Source of the DNA: an uncultured bacterium
Lineage (GTDB): Bacteria > Verrucomicrobiota > Verrucomicrobiia > Limisphaerales > UBA8199
Assembly (NCBI GenBank): GCA_963749495.1
Contig: CAVVMW010000006.1
Coordinates: forward strand, 1,120,001-1,184,000
Length of the DNA stretch: 64,000 nt
Direction of reading: 5' to 3'
The position numbers and the translations under genes are program-made. The notes beneath the pieces are model-generated. The model made no database searches, was not told the origin of the DNA, and was given only the letters and a program-made list of their open reading frames with translations. Below are positions 42,905 through 54,034 of this stretch, piece by piece. Each line of letters opens with the position of its first letter. The stretch's first letter is position 1.

Positions 42905-43140
42905 CACGCCGGCGGTTGGTCAAAGTGCTCGTCTCGCATCTCGATTCCCCGTCCATCCTCGGCTTCCTCAAAACCGGTCCAAACGTCCTCAGGCACCTCG
43001 GGATGGGCTAGCCTGCGCAAATGGCGTTCCAGCACCTTCAGCGCGCCCGGGGACAACTCCCTCATCGCAGTGCGAATGATTTGAGCGCGTTCCGCCTCTG
43101 GAAGGGCTTTTAACTCGTGTTCCAGCGTGCTCGCCGTCAT
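42904..43140 (-). CDS. Small acidic antitoxin-like protein
   Basis: 78 aa, LKALPEAERAQI..GFEEAEDGR; coupled to the toxin fragment. Confidence 0.6.
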   Translation of the reverse strand: MTASTLEHELKALPEAERAQIIRTAMRELSPGALKVLERHLRRLAHPEVPEDVWTGFEEAEDGRGIEMRDEHFDQPPA

Positions 43141-43282
43141 GTGCCGAATATGGCGGAACGATGCCCGATTTGCAAGCTTGCCGTAGCGGGCCTCGACCCG
43201 TCTCCTCCAGGCTTCCGTGCTTGACCGGCCCGCGATCCGTGCCAGACTCTTTCACCGGAAAGCGGTTCGCTGTTCGGGCTGC

Positions 43283-43358
43283 GCCCCCATAGCTCAAATG
43301 GATAGAGCGGCGGTTTCCTAAACCGTTGATCCCCGTTCAATTCGGGGTGGGGGTACCA
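43283..43358 (+). tRNA. tRNA-Arg(CCT)
   Basis: Cloverleaf: GCCCCCA/TGGGGGT acceptor stem, GCTC/GAGC D-arm, GCGGT-TTCCTAA-ACCGT anticodon arm, TTCAATT T-loop, encoded CCA. Confidence 0.96.
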
Positions 43359-43596
43359 ATTTCTCCTTTCTCTTGCCTGGTAACCGGTTCCTTGTCATTT
43401 ACGTCTTAACCTCTTAACAGGTCATCGGCTAACGCGCCAGTCGAATGCTTTCGATCCGCGGAAGAGGACGACTCGGGCCAGTGCCCGGCGCAGTGAGGGA
43501 CGTTCGGATCAACCAGCAAAACTAACGCAGATCTAGCGCAACCAAACCGAAGGCCCGCTGGTGAAACCGGCGAGCGAGAAAGGACAATACAAACTC

Positions 43597-46500
43597 ATGA
43601 GAAAGACTACAACATGTTGGCTGGGGCTGGGGCTGGGGCTGCTGTGCGCAGCGCCCGCTCACGCGAGCACGACCTTCATCGACTTTAACAGCGACCCGGT
43701 CGCCGCGGGGCTGGTGACCTCGATTACGGGCACCGGCAGCGACGGCGGGCAATGGACACCAAACGACGGCATCGGCTCGGCAACGAACTCCAGCGACGGT
43801 TACCTGCAGATCACCGACGCCGTTAACAGCCAAAGGGGCGTGGTCATCTTCCCGGACTTCGATGCCGGGGCGGTCGTCCAGGCCTTTAGCTTTGATTGCT
43901 GGGTCCGGATCGGCAACGGCGTGCCCAGCAGCACCCCGCCAGCCGATGGTTTCAGCATCGCCTATGTCCGCGCCAACGATCCCGTCTTGAGCGGCGGCAG
44001 TTTTGCCGAGGGCCCCGACTCCGAGTCCAATATGCCGGAGGAGGGGACGACCACGGGCATTTCCGTTGGCTTTGACGCGTACGCCAACGGCGGCTCCCCG
44101 CCGTGGCCGCCGGATCAACTGCCGGGCCTCACCGGCAACATCGTCGGCATAGACGTTCGTGTAGATGGCATGTTGATATTGCAATATCCGATGCCGACGC
44201 TCAACGGTACGGTGACCGACCCGACTTCGATCCAGACCGGGGCAAACGACGGGACGGGCTCGCCCGACAGCCTGGGCTGGGCCCACCTGGTGGTGAGCCT
44301 CGACACCAACGCCCTGCTCAACGTCTATTACAAAGGGGCGCACATCCTCACGAACTATGCGACGGGCTTCTCGCCCGGCCCGGGCCAGCTGGTCCTCGCG
44401 GGCCGGACCGGCGGCTACAACGAAAACCAGGATGTCGATAACATCACTATCACCACGATTCTGGCAAAGCTGGCCGTAATCGGACCTCCCACCGGGCTTC
44501 CGGACGGCGCCACGGTAGTGATCAATGATTCGGGCTCCAGTCTGGTCAATGTCACCAAGCCGTTCTCGATGATGATCAACGGGGTTACGGCTGCGGCAAC
44601 CATCCAAAAGAGCGGCAGTGTCACGACGGTCGCCGGGCACCTGTATCCCAGCCTCCTGGTCCCCGGCGCGACCAACACGGTCGTAATCTCCGTCCAGGAC
44701 ACGCATGGCAATACGGACAGCGTCACCCGGACGTTCGTTACGGCTCCCTATACCGTCGTTCAGGGGGCGTGGGCGGCGAGCGGGGTGGGCACGCAACCCG
44801 GCTTCCGCATCCTGCCCTGGCAGTCCGGCGCCGAGCCCAACCGCGTCTATTGGATGGAGGAGCAACTGGAGGGCCTGCACGGCGCCAACGATGCCGACGT
44901 GAGCACCGCAACGGACGGCGGATTCATCAATTTCACCGGGCTCATTAACTTCAATCTAGACCCCAATGGGGGCCAGGAGGGCGACTTCACGACCACAACG
45001 GGTTATACCGACAGCCCATTCCCCGGCCTGTCCATCGCCGGAGGCGCCGGCAGCATTCCGGATACCGGCAGCGAGTCGATGATGGTCCTGGCCTTCCTGC
45101 AGTTCGCCAAGGCCGGCGTTTACAACATGGGCGTCAACAGCGATGACGGGTTCGCGGTCACGGTGGGCCCCCAGCCCCGGGACCGCCTTGCCGCGGTGGC
45201 CGGCCAGTATGACACCGGGCGCGGCTCGGCCGACACGACCTTCTGGCTCGTGGTGACCAACGCGGGCACTTACCCGTTCTGCCTGCGCTATGAGAACGGC
45301 AACGGCTCATTTACGGGCGGCAACGCCGCCAATCTGGAGTGGTTCACCGTGCAGCCCGACGGGACCAAGATCCTGATCAACGACCCGAGTTCGACCAATA
45401 CGAGCGGCGTGAAGGCCTTTTACTCCGGACCGGCGCCGACGGCTTATGTGTCCCAGATCAACCCCTACCTCGGCCAGCCGAATGCCTGGCCGGATCGCGT
45501 GGTGGTCCAGTTGACGGATGCGGCCACCCAGGTCAAAACGACCCCGTCCCCCGCGCTGCTCATCGATGGCGTGGCCACCACCCCCGTCGTCAGCAAACAA
45601 GGCGCTGTCACCACCCTCTTGCTCACCCTGCCGCCGCCCGGCCTGTCCCCAGGCCAGCACACCGCCACCGTGGTCTGGAGCGATACCGGCACCCTCAACG
45701 CCAGCAATTCCTGGTCCTTCACCGTCGCCGGCCCTTTCCCCACGCTCGATCAGCGCATGGGCGCCCCGGTGAGTTCCGTGGACAAGACCAAGCCTGGATT
45801 CGTGCTCAAGGTCACGCAATTGGATCCCGGCACCGTGGGTGACAGCGGCAACGTCACGGGCGACAACGTGGAGGAGAACAATGCCCATCTGGCGGGCCTC
45901 TACTTCCCGGATTACGGCACCAACCAGGCCGATACGGTGGGCGGGGGCGCCAGCGGCATCCCGGCGGCGTTTGACAACATCTGGGACTGGACCAATGCGG
46001 TGGACTTCAACATCCTCACTTCGCCGGGCGACTTCACTTTCGATTACGCTCTGCCGGGAATTCCAGGGAACACCTCGGCGACCAGTTGGATCGCGGCCGG
46101 GTTCCAGACCTATGTGGTCTTCCCAACCGCCGGTTTCTACCGGATGGGCGTGAACAGCGACAATGGGTTCCGCATCACCCAGGGCATCGGCATCACCCGG
46201 CAGGTGCTGCACGTGACGGGCCCCGGCATCGATCAGGACATGGTCGGCGTAGTCAATGCGACGAACACGGCCGCCGGTTGGGGCGGCAGCCTGCCCACCA
46301 CGCCGCTCATCGCGCCGGCCGTTTTCCTGGACTCCAGCAATGCCTGCCCCGGTTACCCTTCGGCCAACCTGACCAACAAAATCGGCATCATTGAATACAA
46401 TACGTGCGGCCACAACGCGCTACAGGCGGCCTGGTGCGTCCAGACCAATGGCGGCATGGCGGCCATCATCATCAACCAGCCCGCCTATGGCCTGCCGTTT

Positions 46501-47079
46501 ACGGAAGGCGACAGCGGCCTGCCCGTGACCATCCCGGCGTTGGTGGTCAATGGACGTTCGGCGGATGGTGGCAGCGGCGCATTTGATTTCTGGCGGACCA
46601 ATTCGCTCATCGTCAACATTTGCGCCGATGCCCGCCTGAAGCTCCTCGAATACAACGCGGTCAAGTCCAGCGGAATGAGTGATGTGGACTCCGGCTTCTG
46701 GGTGCCGGCGGCGGGGGCCTATCCCTTGCGCTTGCTCTATTTCCAGGGCAACGGCGGCGCCGGGTGTGAATGGTCCACCATCCTCCCCGCGGTGACGGTG
46801 GACGGAGGCGCGCGCTCCCTGGTCAATGACACGACCGACGCGAACTCGCTCAGGTCGTACCGGGCGGTGACGGTGCTGCCCAAGATGAATACGCCAACGG
46901 TGAGCAATGGCATGGTGACTGTGACCTGGAATGGGGCCGGATTCCTCCAATCAACCACGAGCCTCAGTCCGGCCAGTTGGGCTAACGTCGTCCCGCAACC
47001 AGGGGCCAACACCTATACCACCGCGGCCAGCGGCACCCAGTACTATCGGGTGCGCGTGCCGGACCCCGTCACGCCGTAG
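43597..47079 (+). CDS. Large secreted protein: lectin-like domain, two PA14-like modules, inserted PA domain, C-terminal tail
   Basis: Signal peptide; PADGFSIAY, LAGRTGG; MGVNSDDGF and MGVNSDNGF; VTWNG..LQSTTSL..W..QYYRV. Confidence 0.8.
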   Translation: MRKTTTCWLGLGLGLLCAAPAHASTTFIDFNSDPVAAGLVTSITGTGSDGGQWTPNDGIGSATNSSDGYLQITDAVNSQRGVVIFPDFDAGAVVQAFSFDCWVRIGNGVPSSTPPADGFSIAYVRANDPVLSGGSFAEGPDSESNMPEEGTTTGISVGFDAYANGGSPPWPPDQLPGLTGNIVGIDVRVDGMLILQYPMPTLNGTVTDPTSIQTGANDGTGSPDSLGWAHLVVSLDTNALLNVYYKGAHILTNYATGFSPGPGQLVLAGRTGGYNENQDVDNITITTILAKLAVIGPPTGLPDGATVVINDSGSSLVNVTKPFSMMINGVTAAATIQKSGSVTTVAGHLYPSLLVPGATNTVVISVQDTHGNTDSVTRTFVTAPYTVVQGAWAASGVGTQPGFRILPWQSGAEPNRVYWMEEQLEGLHGANDADVSTATDGGFINFTGLINFNLDPNGGQEGDFTTTTGYTDSPFPGLSIAGGAGSIPDTGSESMMVLAFLQFAKAGVYNMGVNSDDGFAVTVGPQPRDRLAAVAGQYDTGRGSADTTFWLVVTNAGTYPFCLRYENGNGSFTGGNAANLEWFTVQPDGTKILINDPSSTNTSGVKAFYSGPAPTAYVSQINPYLGQPNAWPDRVVVQLTDAATQVKTTPSPALLIDGVATTPVVSKQGAVTTLLLTLPPPGLSPGQHTATVVWSDTGTLNASNSWSFTVAGPFPTLDQRMGAPVSSVDKTKPGFVLKVTQLDPGTVGDSGNVTGDNVEENNAHLAGLYFPDYGTNQADTVGGGASGIPAAFDNIWDWTNAVDFNILTSPGDFTFDYALPGIPGNTSATSWIAAGFQTYVVFPTAGFYRMGVNSDNGFRITQGIGITRQVLHVTGPGIDQDMVGVVNATNTAAGWGGSLPTTPLIAPAVFLDSSNACPGYPSANLTNKIGIIEYNTCGHNALQAAWCVQTNGGMAAIIINQPAYGLPFTEGDSGLPVTIPALVVNGRSADGGSGAFDFWRTNSLIVNICADARLKLLEYNAVKSSGMSDVDSGFWVPAAGAYPLRLLYFQGNGGAGCEWSTILPAVTVDGGARSLVNDTTDANSLRSYRAVTVLPKMNTPTVSNGMVTVTWNGAGFLQSTTSLSPASWANVVPQPGANTYTTAASGTQYYRVRVPDPVTP

Positions 47080-47104
47080 GCGGCGGCTCCTTTGTATCCA
47101 GCGC

Positions 47105-47142
47105 GAGACCGGATTGGACGGCCAATCCGGTCTCTTTTTTTT
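47105..47142 (+). terminator. Rho-independent terminator
   Basis: GAGACCGGATTGG-ACGG-CCAATCCGGTCTC followed by T8. Confidence 0.9.
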
Positions 47143-47271
47143 GTGCGCGCTGGACGGGTGCGATTAAAAGCGTCGGTCAGCCCACGGCGCCTTTTTGCCC
47201 CGAAGGGGCTTCCGACAATAGCCCGGCGTTTCAACAGATTTCTCGGAGGGGCAGTTGATTAGACACTTTGG

Positions 47272-47533
47272 CTATTTGAAGCGGAAGTCGAGCTTGAAGT
47301 TGTAAAGCCAAGGCACGCGCGGATCGCCCCTTTCGTTCTCCAGCCGTTGGGGCAGGTTTTCAAAATGCTCCTTCCACAGGCTGGCCTGAGGAGCGTTGTA
47401 GTAAGTGACCAGGACGGTGTTCCCACGGACACGCACGTCGCCTTCCAGGCCGCTGAAGAGGTCCTGGGCCAAATGGACTGAATCCCATTGGTTAAAGGGC
47501 GCGCCCAGGCGCTGGCGCAGTTGGTGGATAACC
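47272..47533 (-). pseudogene. C-terminal remnant of a probable transposase, cut by the ISKra4-like element
   Basis: Reading frame ..DPRVPWLYNFKLDFRFK* breaks at the 47534 TIR; IR-like ends at 47254-47271 and 49369-49385. Confidence 0.55.
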
Positions 47534-47616
47534 GGGCGCATGACGGAATTCTTCGGAAATTGAGTTTTGGGCGTTTTTTTGTTGCCTGGTATAGATGTAC
47601 ATATATATTCATTGCC

Positions 47617-47973
47617 ATGAACCATTCCATCACTCCTCAAGCCCTCCTGGACCAAATCCTCAATATTCGCCGCATGGAGCACGGCTCGCTCTCCGTCATC
47701 GGCCATGGCCCCAATGGCCCTTACTATAACCTCAACTCCTGGGAGGATGGCACCAACCAATGCCGCTACATCCCGCAGGACAAACTCCCCGAGGTCCAGC
47801 AAGCCATCCAGGGCTACCAGCAATACCAGCAACTCACTCACCAATATGGCCAACAGATCGTCGAGCAAACCCGCGCCGAGCTGGGTATCGGCCTAAAAAA
47901 AAAGCCCCGCCCCAATCCCAAGAGCCCCCGCCCCAAGTCCTCCTCGCCCAAGACCAGGAAATCCAGCAGTTGA
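47617..47973 (+). CDS. IS accessory ORF (orfA)
   Basis: Inside the TIRs; stop overlaps the transposase ATG (TGATG). Confidence 0.75.
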   Translation: MNHSITPQALLDQILNIRRMEHGSLSVIGHGPNGPYYNLNSWEDGTNQCRYIPQDKLPEVQQAIQGYQQYQQLTHQYGQQIVEQTRAELGIGLKKKPRPNPKSPRPKSSSPKTRKSSS

Positions 47974-49289
47974 TGACCCGTTTCCTCAAGACCGATCTGG
48001 GCCACCTCGCCGTTCAGGAATTGGAATTCGAAGTGCTGCTGCGCACGGCCGTCTTCAAATCGACCAACCAACTGATGGGGTATCTGTTCCAAATGCTGGC
48101 CGATCGCATCGATGCCGCCTACCAGCCCAAACCGGGCTATGTGCGCAAAGGCCGCGTGGAGGTCACCCTCGATTGCATCTTCGGGTCTTTCACGCTGGAG
48201 CGCGATTACTACTATCACGAGGGCAAGCAGTTGGGACATTATCCAACCGATGCGGCGCTGGGCTTGGAAGGCGGCAAGACGCCGGCACTGGCCCGGTTGG
48301 TGTGCTTGGAAGGAGCCGATGAAGCCAGCTACCAAAAGGCCGAGGAGCATTTGAAAGAGACCGGCGGCATTCACATCTCGGGCCGCCAGATCCACCGCCT
48401 GGTACAGCAAGTCGGAGCCGCCGCCCAGACTTGGCAGGAGCGAGAGGCGTTAAAGCCTTTGCCGGGCACCAAGCCCGTGCCGATTCTCTATATCAGCGGG
48501 GACGCGACGGGCGTGCCCATGCGCAAAGAAGAACTGGAAGGGCGAGCGGGCAAGCAGCCCGACGGGAGCGCCAAAACCCGCTCGGCCTACCTGGGGTGCA
48601 TCTTCACCCAGCATAAAACCGATGAAAAGGGTCACCCGGTGCGGGATTACGAATCGACCACCTACGTGTCCAACATGGGGCCGTTGGAGGATTTTGGTCC
48701 GCTCCTGCGCCAAGAAGCCATCCGGCGAGGCCTGGGCCAAGCTAAAAAAGTCGTCTTCCTCGTTGATGGGGCCAGCGGCCTGGAGAATACGGGCCGCCTC
48801 AATTTTAAGGACGCGATCCAAATCGTTGACTTCTACCACGGCGCCGACCATGCCGGCGATGTCGTGGAGGCTATCCTGGGGAGCAAAGAACACCCGGAAT
48901 ACAAAGCTCAGCGCAGCCGCTGGGTCCGGCGCCTGCTCGGCAACGGTGTGAAAAACCTCATTAAGGAAACCCGCCAGGAATGCGCCGGCAAGCCGCAGGC
49001 TGAGGCGGTCGAGGACGAACTGGGCTACTTCGTTCACAATGTGAAACGAATGCAATACAGGACCTTCCGTCGGCAGGGCCTTTTTATCGGCTCTGGGGTC
49101 ATCGAGGCCGGCTGCAAGACCCTAATCGGCTCCCGCTGCAAGCAATCGGGCATGTTCTGGGGCGAACCCGGTGCGGAAAACATCCTGGCTCTACGCTGCA
49201 CCCATTCCAGCCGCCGGCTGGATCAGTTCTGGAAAGAGCGGCTCAACGCTCAGGCTGCCCGCAACGATTGCCTGATGCTGGCCGAATAG
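47973..49289 (+). CDS. ISKra4-like DDE transposase
   Basis: YISGDATGVPM, VDGA, IVDFYH, IGSGVIEAGCK, RCKQSGMFW. Confidence 0.9.
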   Translation: MTRFLKTDLGHLAVQELEFEVLLRTAVFKSTNQLMGYLFQMLADRIDAAYQPKPGYVRKGRVEVTLDCIFGSFTLERDYYYHEGKQLGHYPTDAALGLEGGKTPALARLVCLEGADEASYQKAEEHLKETGGIHISGRQIHRLVQQVGAAAQTWQEREALKPLPGTKPVPILYISGDATGVPMRKEELEGRAGKQPDGSAKTRSAYLGCIFTQHKTDEKGHPVRDYESTTYVSNMGPLEDFGPLLRQEAIRRGLGQAKKVVFLVDGASGLENTGRLNFKDAIQIVDFYHGADHAGDVVEAILGSKEHPEYKAQRSRWVRRLLGNGVKNLIKETRQECAGKPQAEAVEDELGYFVHNVKRMQYRTFRRQGLFIGSGVIEAGCKTLIGSRCKQSGMFWGEPGAENILALRCTHSSRRLDQFWKERLNAQAARNDCLMLAE

Positions 49290-49723
49290 CCGAAGAATTC
49301 TGTCGTGCGCCCCCAATCCTCGTCGGCCGCGTTATGGACTTGCACACCTGCACCCTAGCAGCACGGGCCTAAAGTGTCAACTAACAAGTTAACGCTTATG
49401 GGGCGTTGCCCTGGGCTGGTATGAACGACGCCTTTGGCGTCCCGAGCGCGCACCGCCAGTTCCATCCTGCACCAGAAGAAAACGCCTCTTACACGGCGGC
49501 CCACCTGTTCGCCCCGGGCAGGAACGAATTCGCCACGGCGGGCCAGGGGGCCTGCTCGGCGACGCTGACCACCACCAACTCAGCCACCCTCCCTGCCGCC
49601 GGCGCCGCCTCGTTCTGCCGGCTCCACAGGAAGGTGCTGTACTGATCAGTTTCCCGGCCCGATGGGCCGCGGCAGGCCGGAGGCCGGTGCGCGGTGATGC
49701 GCAACCGACCCCTTCCGTTCCGT

Positions 49724-52700
49724 TCACCAGTCCAATTTCATGGCGGCTAATTGTTGGCGGATAAGTCGCAAGTCCCACACGAATACTGCGCGCAAATCCT
49801 CTCCGGCCGTGGCTAGAAAGCGGCCGTCGCGAGAGAAGCACAACGGCGGGCCGGTATCCAAGGCAGCGAGTTCCCGGCCGTCGGGAACGGAGATGAGTTG
49901 CAGGTTGCCGTTGCGGCCGCGGAGCAGGCTCACAATGAGCCCATCGGATGAAAACGCCATGGAGCCGTACATATCGCCTGCTCGATCCCTTGGGATGGCC
50001 AGGCCAGGCTGCCAGGAAGCCACTTTCCAAAAGCGGTATTCCTGCTCCGAACCGGTGAGCAGCCACTGTCCGTCCGGGCTGAAGAGGCCAACGGCATTGC
50101 CTTTGACCGGGAGTTCCCGGACGGGCTGACAGGTGGCGGTTTCCCATACCATGACGTTGGTTCCCTTCCAGGTTCCGGTGGCGAACCACCTTCCATCGGG
50201 ACTCATGGTGACGGAGGCAGCCCTGGGGTGGCCGTTGACCGGCTTTGGACTGGCAGGGTCTTGCAGATCCAGCAGGAGCAGACCCGAGTTGTCCCTGCAC
50301 GCCGTGATCAGCGTGCGCCCGTCCGAACCCAGGCAGCTTCCTTCCAGACTGGAGGAAGCGAGGACAGCCATAGCCCCGACTTGCAACTCCTTGAGCGGCC
50401 CGGTGCATTGGAGAGACCATCGCTGGAGCCCGGACAGTCCGCTGGCGATCAAGCTGCGGCCATCCGGAGCAAACAGGGCAGACCTGCACTCGCTGACCTG
50501 CAGATGCGCGAGCAGGTGGTTGGCTTCCACTTCCCAAATCCGGATGCCGTCACTGGAGGCGGCCGCCAGGAGACGGCCATCCGGACTGAACTGGCCGCCC
50601 CAAAGCACGCCAGTGCGCCCGAGGCGGCGGCACTCCCTCGCCGATTCGACTTGCCAAATGCCCGCCTCGCCGTCTCCAATGCCAAATCCCACCCGGTCGT
50701 CCGAACCAAACCCGATGGGAACCCATCCGCCTGGCAGGCTGAACAAGGCCCGCCCTAACTTCGGGTCCCAAAACCGGGTCGTCCCATCCCATCCACTGGT
50801 GAGCAGAAGGTCACTCGCTTGATTGAATAGCGCCGCGGTGACCACCCCCATGTGCCCCTCCAGAACAGCTTCCAGGTTCCCCTTGGCGGCGTTGCGCAGG
50901 TAAGTGCGGCCATCCTCACTCGGACATGCCAGCAATGCCCCATCGTGGCTCCAGGCGATTAAACCGACCGCCCCAGGACTATCGAAGCGTTGCTCGATTT
51001 GCCCTGATTCCAGGTTCAAGATGACCACGGTGGGATTCTCGCGGCGCGCCACGGCCAGACGCTTGCCCGCTGGATCGTAGCTGATGGCCTGAACGATCGG
51101 TGGCAGGTCCAGGCGCCTGATTTCTCGGGCCAGCGGCAAATCATAGGAGAGGATGCGTCCATTCTCTTCCGAGGCAGTGAACTCCTGGCCGTCCGCCCGG
51201 AAGCAGACGCCGCGCGCAGCCATCGGTGCAGATACCACCACCGTCCGGTTTGATAAATCCCAAACCCGGACCTGGTTGGTTTCAGGGCCAAGGTATTTTT
51301 CGGCCAGATAGCGGTCATTGGGACTGAAAAACAGGCCAGTCCAGAAGGGTTTGCCGGGACCAGGCAGACGAAGCAATTGCTGGTGGTTAGAGGTGCGGCG
51401 GAGGACTATGGTGCCATCCGGGAGGGCGTGCGCATACCGTTCCATCCTGGAATCGAAGGCCAAGCCTCCATGAGCAAGGTCACGCATTTGGAATCGCCGC
51501 TGGACGCGCACATCGGGCAGGGCGAGGCAGGCGATAGCTTCGTTGCGCAAGTCCAAAGCGGGCCGTATGCCGGCCGCTTTACCCAAGGCCTCAAGGCTAT
51601 CGAAACGGCGACCGGGCTGGCCGCTCCAGCGGTTGGCTCGCGCCTGCGCAAGATAGGAACCGTAGAGTCTCTCCACTGCATCCTGCTCCGCGCGGGCGGC
51701 CCTGCGGCGGGCATTCTCCGCCTGCCGCCATTCCCACAGCACCGCGGCGAAACCTGCGGCAGCGATTAAGATCACCGCCCCCATCAGGGACGCCAGGGCG
51801 GGCTTGCGCCGGGCCCACTTTAACACCTGCTCCGCCGCGCCGGCCGGACGCGCGTGAATGGGCTCCTGCCGCAGCCACCTCTCCAAATCGTCCGCCAGAG
51901 CATCGGCAGAGGAGTAGCGGCGCTGCGGGTCCTTTTCCAGGCACTTCAGACAAATGGTCTCCAGATCGCGATCCACCTTCGGATCGACGCACTTTGGCCT
52001 CGCAGGTTCTTTTCCCAGCACGCAACGCAACGTCTCCAAGTGGCTCGCCTCGGAAAACGGGGGACGGCCCGTCAGCAGGAAATAGAGAATCGCGCCCAGG
52101 CCGTAGATGTCCACGGCCGTGGTCAGTTGCCGGGTTTTTCCGGCGGCCTGTTCGGGCGCCATAAAGCCGGGGCTGCCCAGCACCGCCCCGGGGATGGTCG
52201 CGTGGTCCTCTGCGGTGATGTTGCGCGCGAGGCCAAAGTCAGAGACGTGCGGCTGGCCCCGTGCGTCGAGCAGGATGTTTGCCGGTTTGAGGTCCCGATG
52301 GAGAATGCCCCGCTGGTGAGCGTGGTGGACGGCGCGCGCCACCGTAGCCAGCAGTTGGGCGGCTTGCTGGTTCGAGAGCCGGGATTGGGAACCCGAAACC
52401 TGTGCGGCCAGGCTGCGGCCGTCGATCCACTGCATGCTGAAGTAGGGCTGGCCTTCATGCGCCCCGATTTCGTAGATCGCCACAAGATTAGGATGCTCGA
52501 GGCGGGCGGCGGCTTCGGCCTCGGTGTGAAAACGTTCGAGTTCGGCCTCGCTGGCGAGATGACCGCCCAGTATCATCTTGATGGCGACGGTGCGATTGAG
52601 GCTTGCTTGCCTGGCTTTATAGACCACGCCCATGCCCCCGCGCCCGATTTCCTCCAATAGTTCGTAATCCCCAAAGTTGGGACTTTGCCTGGCGTAGAGG

Positions 52701-52804
52701 AACGACGCCGAAATCACTTTGGCCAGGCACCGGGGGCAAAGCCCGCCCAGCAACGTGCGCGGCAGCCGTTGATTACAGCGAGGACAGTATTCCTGGACCG
52801 TCAT
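49724..52804 (-). CDS. Ser/Thr protein kinase with WD40 repeats
   Basis: [43 protein letters not shown]-terminal WD blades. Confidence 0.95.
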   Translation of the reverse strand: MTVQEYCPRCNQRLPRTLLGGLCPRCLAKVISASFLYARQSPNFGDYELLEEIGRGGMGVVYKARQASLNRTVAIKMILGGHLASEAELERFHTEAEAAARLEHPNLVAIYEIGAHEGQPYFSMQWIDGRSLAAQVSGSQSRLSNQQAAQLLATVARAVHHAHQRGILHRDLKPANILLDARGQPHVSDFGLARNITAEDHATIPGAVLGSPGFMAPEQAAGKTRQLTTAVDIYGLGAILYFLLTGRPPFSEASHLETLRCVLGKEPARPKCVDPKVDRDLETICLKCLEKDPQRRYSSADALADDLERWLRQEPIHARPAGAAEQVLKWARRKPALASLMGAVILIAAAGFAAVLWEWRQAENARRRAARAEQDAVERLYGSYLAQARANRWSGQPGRRFDSLEALGKAAGIRPALDLRNEAIACLALPDVRVQRRFQMRDLAHGGLAFDSRMERYAHALPDGTIVLRRTSNHQQLLRLPGPGKPFWTGLFFSPNDRYLAEKYLGPETNQVRVWDLSNRTVVVSAPMAARGVCFRADGQEFTASEENGRILSYDLPLAREIRRLDLPPIVQAISYDPAGKRLAVARRENPTVVILNLESGQIEQRFDSPGAVGLIAWSHDGALLACPSEDGRTYLRNAAKGNLEAVLEGHMGVVTAALFNQASDLLLTSGWDGTTRFWDPKLGRALFSLPGGWVPIGFGSDDRVGFGIGDGEAGIWQVESARECRRLGRTGVLWGGQFSPDGRLLAAASSDGIRIWEVEANHLLAHLQVSECRSALFAPDGRSLIASGLSGLQRWSLQCTGPLKELQVGAMAVLASSSLEGSCLGSDGRTLITACRDNSGLLLLDLQDPASPKPVNGHPRAASVTMSPDGRWFATGTWKGTNVMVWETATCQPVRELPVKGNAVGLFSPDGQWLLTGSEQEYRFWKVASWQPGLAIPRDRAGDMYGSMAFSSDGLIVSLLRGRNGNLQLISVPDGRELAALDTGPPLCFSRDGRFLATAGEDLRAVFVWDLRLIRQQLAAMKLDW

Positions 52805-53072
52805 GTTCGTCGAGACGCGGCCTGGATGACCCAAGGCCGGCACTGGGGCGGCTTCGGACGCAGCGGCCTCCCCGCCCCTCACGGTGTTGGATGCTTCCGT
52901 GCCCTGGCCCTTTCCGAGGCCGCTGCGCCCGGAGACGGGCGCACTCCGGCTGCATCGTCGAAGTCCGCCCGGCGGCTTGCCACTGCCAACGCATTAGCAT
53001 CTGTGGATCTGCAGCTATAGTATAAAACAACATTGCGGCGCCCAGGTTACAGGATTCTAGCCGGCGGCGCGC

Positions 53073-53882
53073 CTACTGGATGAGCAGGTCCAGCAGGTAG
53101 CGCATCTCGGCATCGGCCTCGAAAGGGCTTTCGACCGTGCGGGCGACCTCTTGACGGAGCAACTCCCCGCAGCGGTGACGCAACCGGTGCACGGCTACTT
53201 TCACCGCTGCCGGGGTGAGACCGAGGGGAGCGGCGGCCCTGGCGTAGTCCTGGCCGCTGCCCTCGGTCGAGAGGAAGATCTTCAACTCTTCGAATCTGGC
53301 GCTCTGGCCTTGCCGTTCGAACTCGGAGCGCAGACTGGCAACGGCGCGGTCCAGCACCGCCAGCGCCCAATGACGGTCGAAAAGTTTCTCCGCAGTCAAA
53401 TCGCCGGCGCCGCCCGCGAGCAGGCAATCCTCCGCCGCGTCCGGCTCCAGGGGCAGCGGGATTCGCCCGCCGCCGCGTTTGGCCGCGCCGGCGCGTTTGG
53501 CCTCGTTAGCGATAAAATGCCGCAGGAGAACCAACAGGAACGAACGGAATTTGCCTTTTCGGGGATCGAGGTTCCGCAGGGCATCGCGGGCCAGCAGTTG
53601 GGCAAAGAAGCCCTGGGTCAAGTCCTGGGCGTCGTGGACCTCATACCCGCCGTGACGGACGAAGGCGTAAACCGGCTGCCAGTAGGTCTGGCAAAGCTTT
53701 TCCAGGGCTGCCATCCGGCGCGTGCTATCTTCGTGGTCCGCCTCCAGGATGACGCTCCAATGGGTCGTGTCGAACCATCCGTGCCGGGGGGATGCCGGGT
53801 CAGAGCCGGGGCGCTGAGGCAACACAGCCATGGCCCCTCTTGCCGGTTGGTTCGAACCGCAGGTGTCAGATTCGCTTTTCAT
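53073..53882 (-). CDS. Kinase-associated ECF sigma-70 factor
   Basis: FDTTHWSVI, LCQTYWQPVY, AQDLTQGFF, GKFRSFL, VKVAVHRLR; start uncertain. Confidence 0.9.
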   Translation of the reverse strand: MKSESDTCGSNQPARGAMAVLPQRPGSDPASPRHGWFDTTHWSVILEADHEDSTRRMAALEKLCQTYWQPVYAFVRHGGYEVHDAQDLTQGFFAQLLARDALRNLDPRKGKFRSFLLVLLRHFIANEAKRAGAAKRGGGRIPLPLEPDAAEDCLLAGGAGDLTAEKLFDRHWALAVLDRAVASLRSEFERQGQSARFEELKIFLSTEGSGQDYARAAAPLGLTPAAVKVAVHRLRHRCGELLRQEVARTVESPFEADAEMRYLLDLLIQ

Positions 53883-54034
53883 GCGCAACGACTCGACTGC
53901 GCCCACAGGTCCGCGCTCGTATCGGATGATAGCGATTCTCGCCGGCGCTGGCCAGCCAGTTCTTGCTGGATTTTCTGTAACCGCGATAAGGGTTTCTTGT
54001 TTCTCCTGTTGAACAGTGACACCCGGTCAAAGCC

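Larger units (their letters stand above)
47534..49312 (+). mobile_element. ISKra4-like (IS256-related) insertion sequence
   Basis: 23-bp TIRs GGGCGCATGACGGAATTCTTCGG / CCGAAGAATTCTGTCGTGCGCCC (21/23 match); no target-site duplication seen. Confidence 0.85.
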
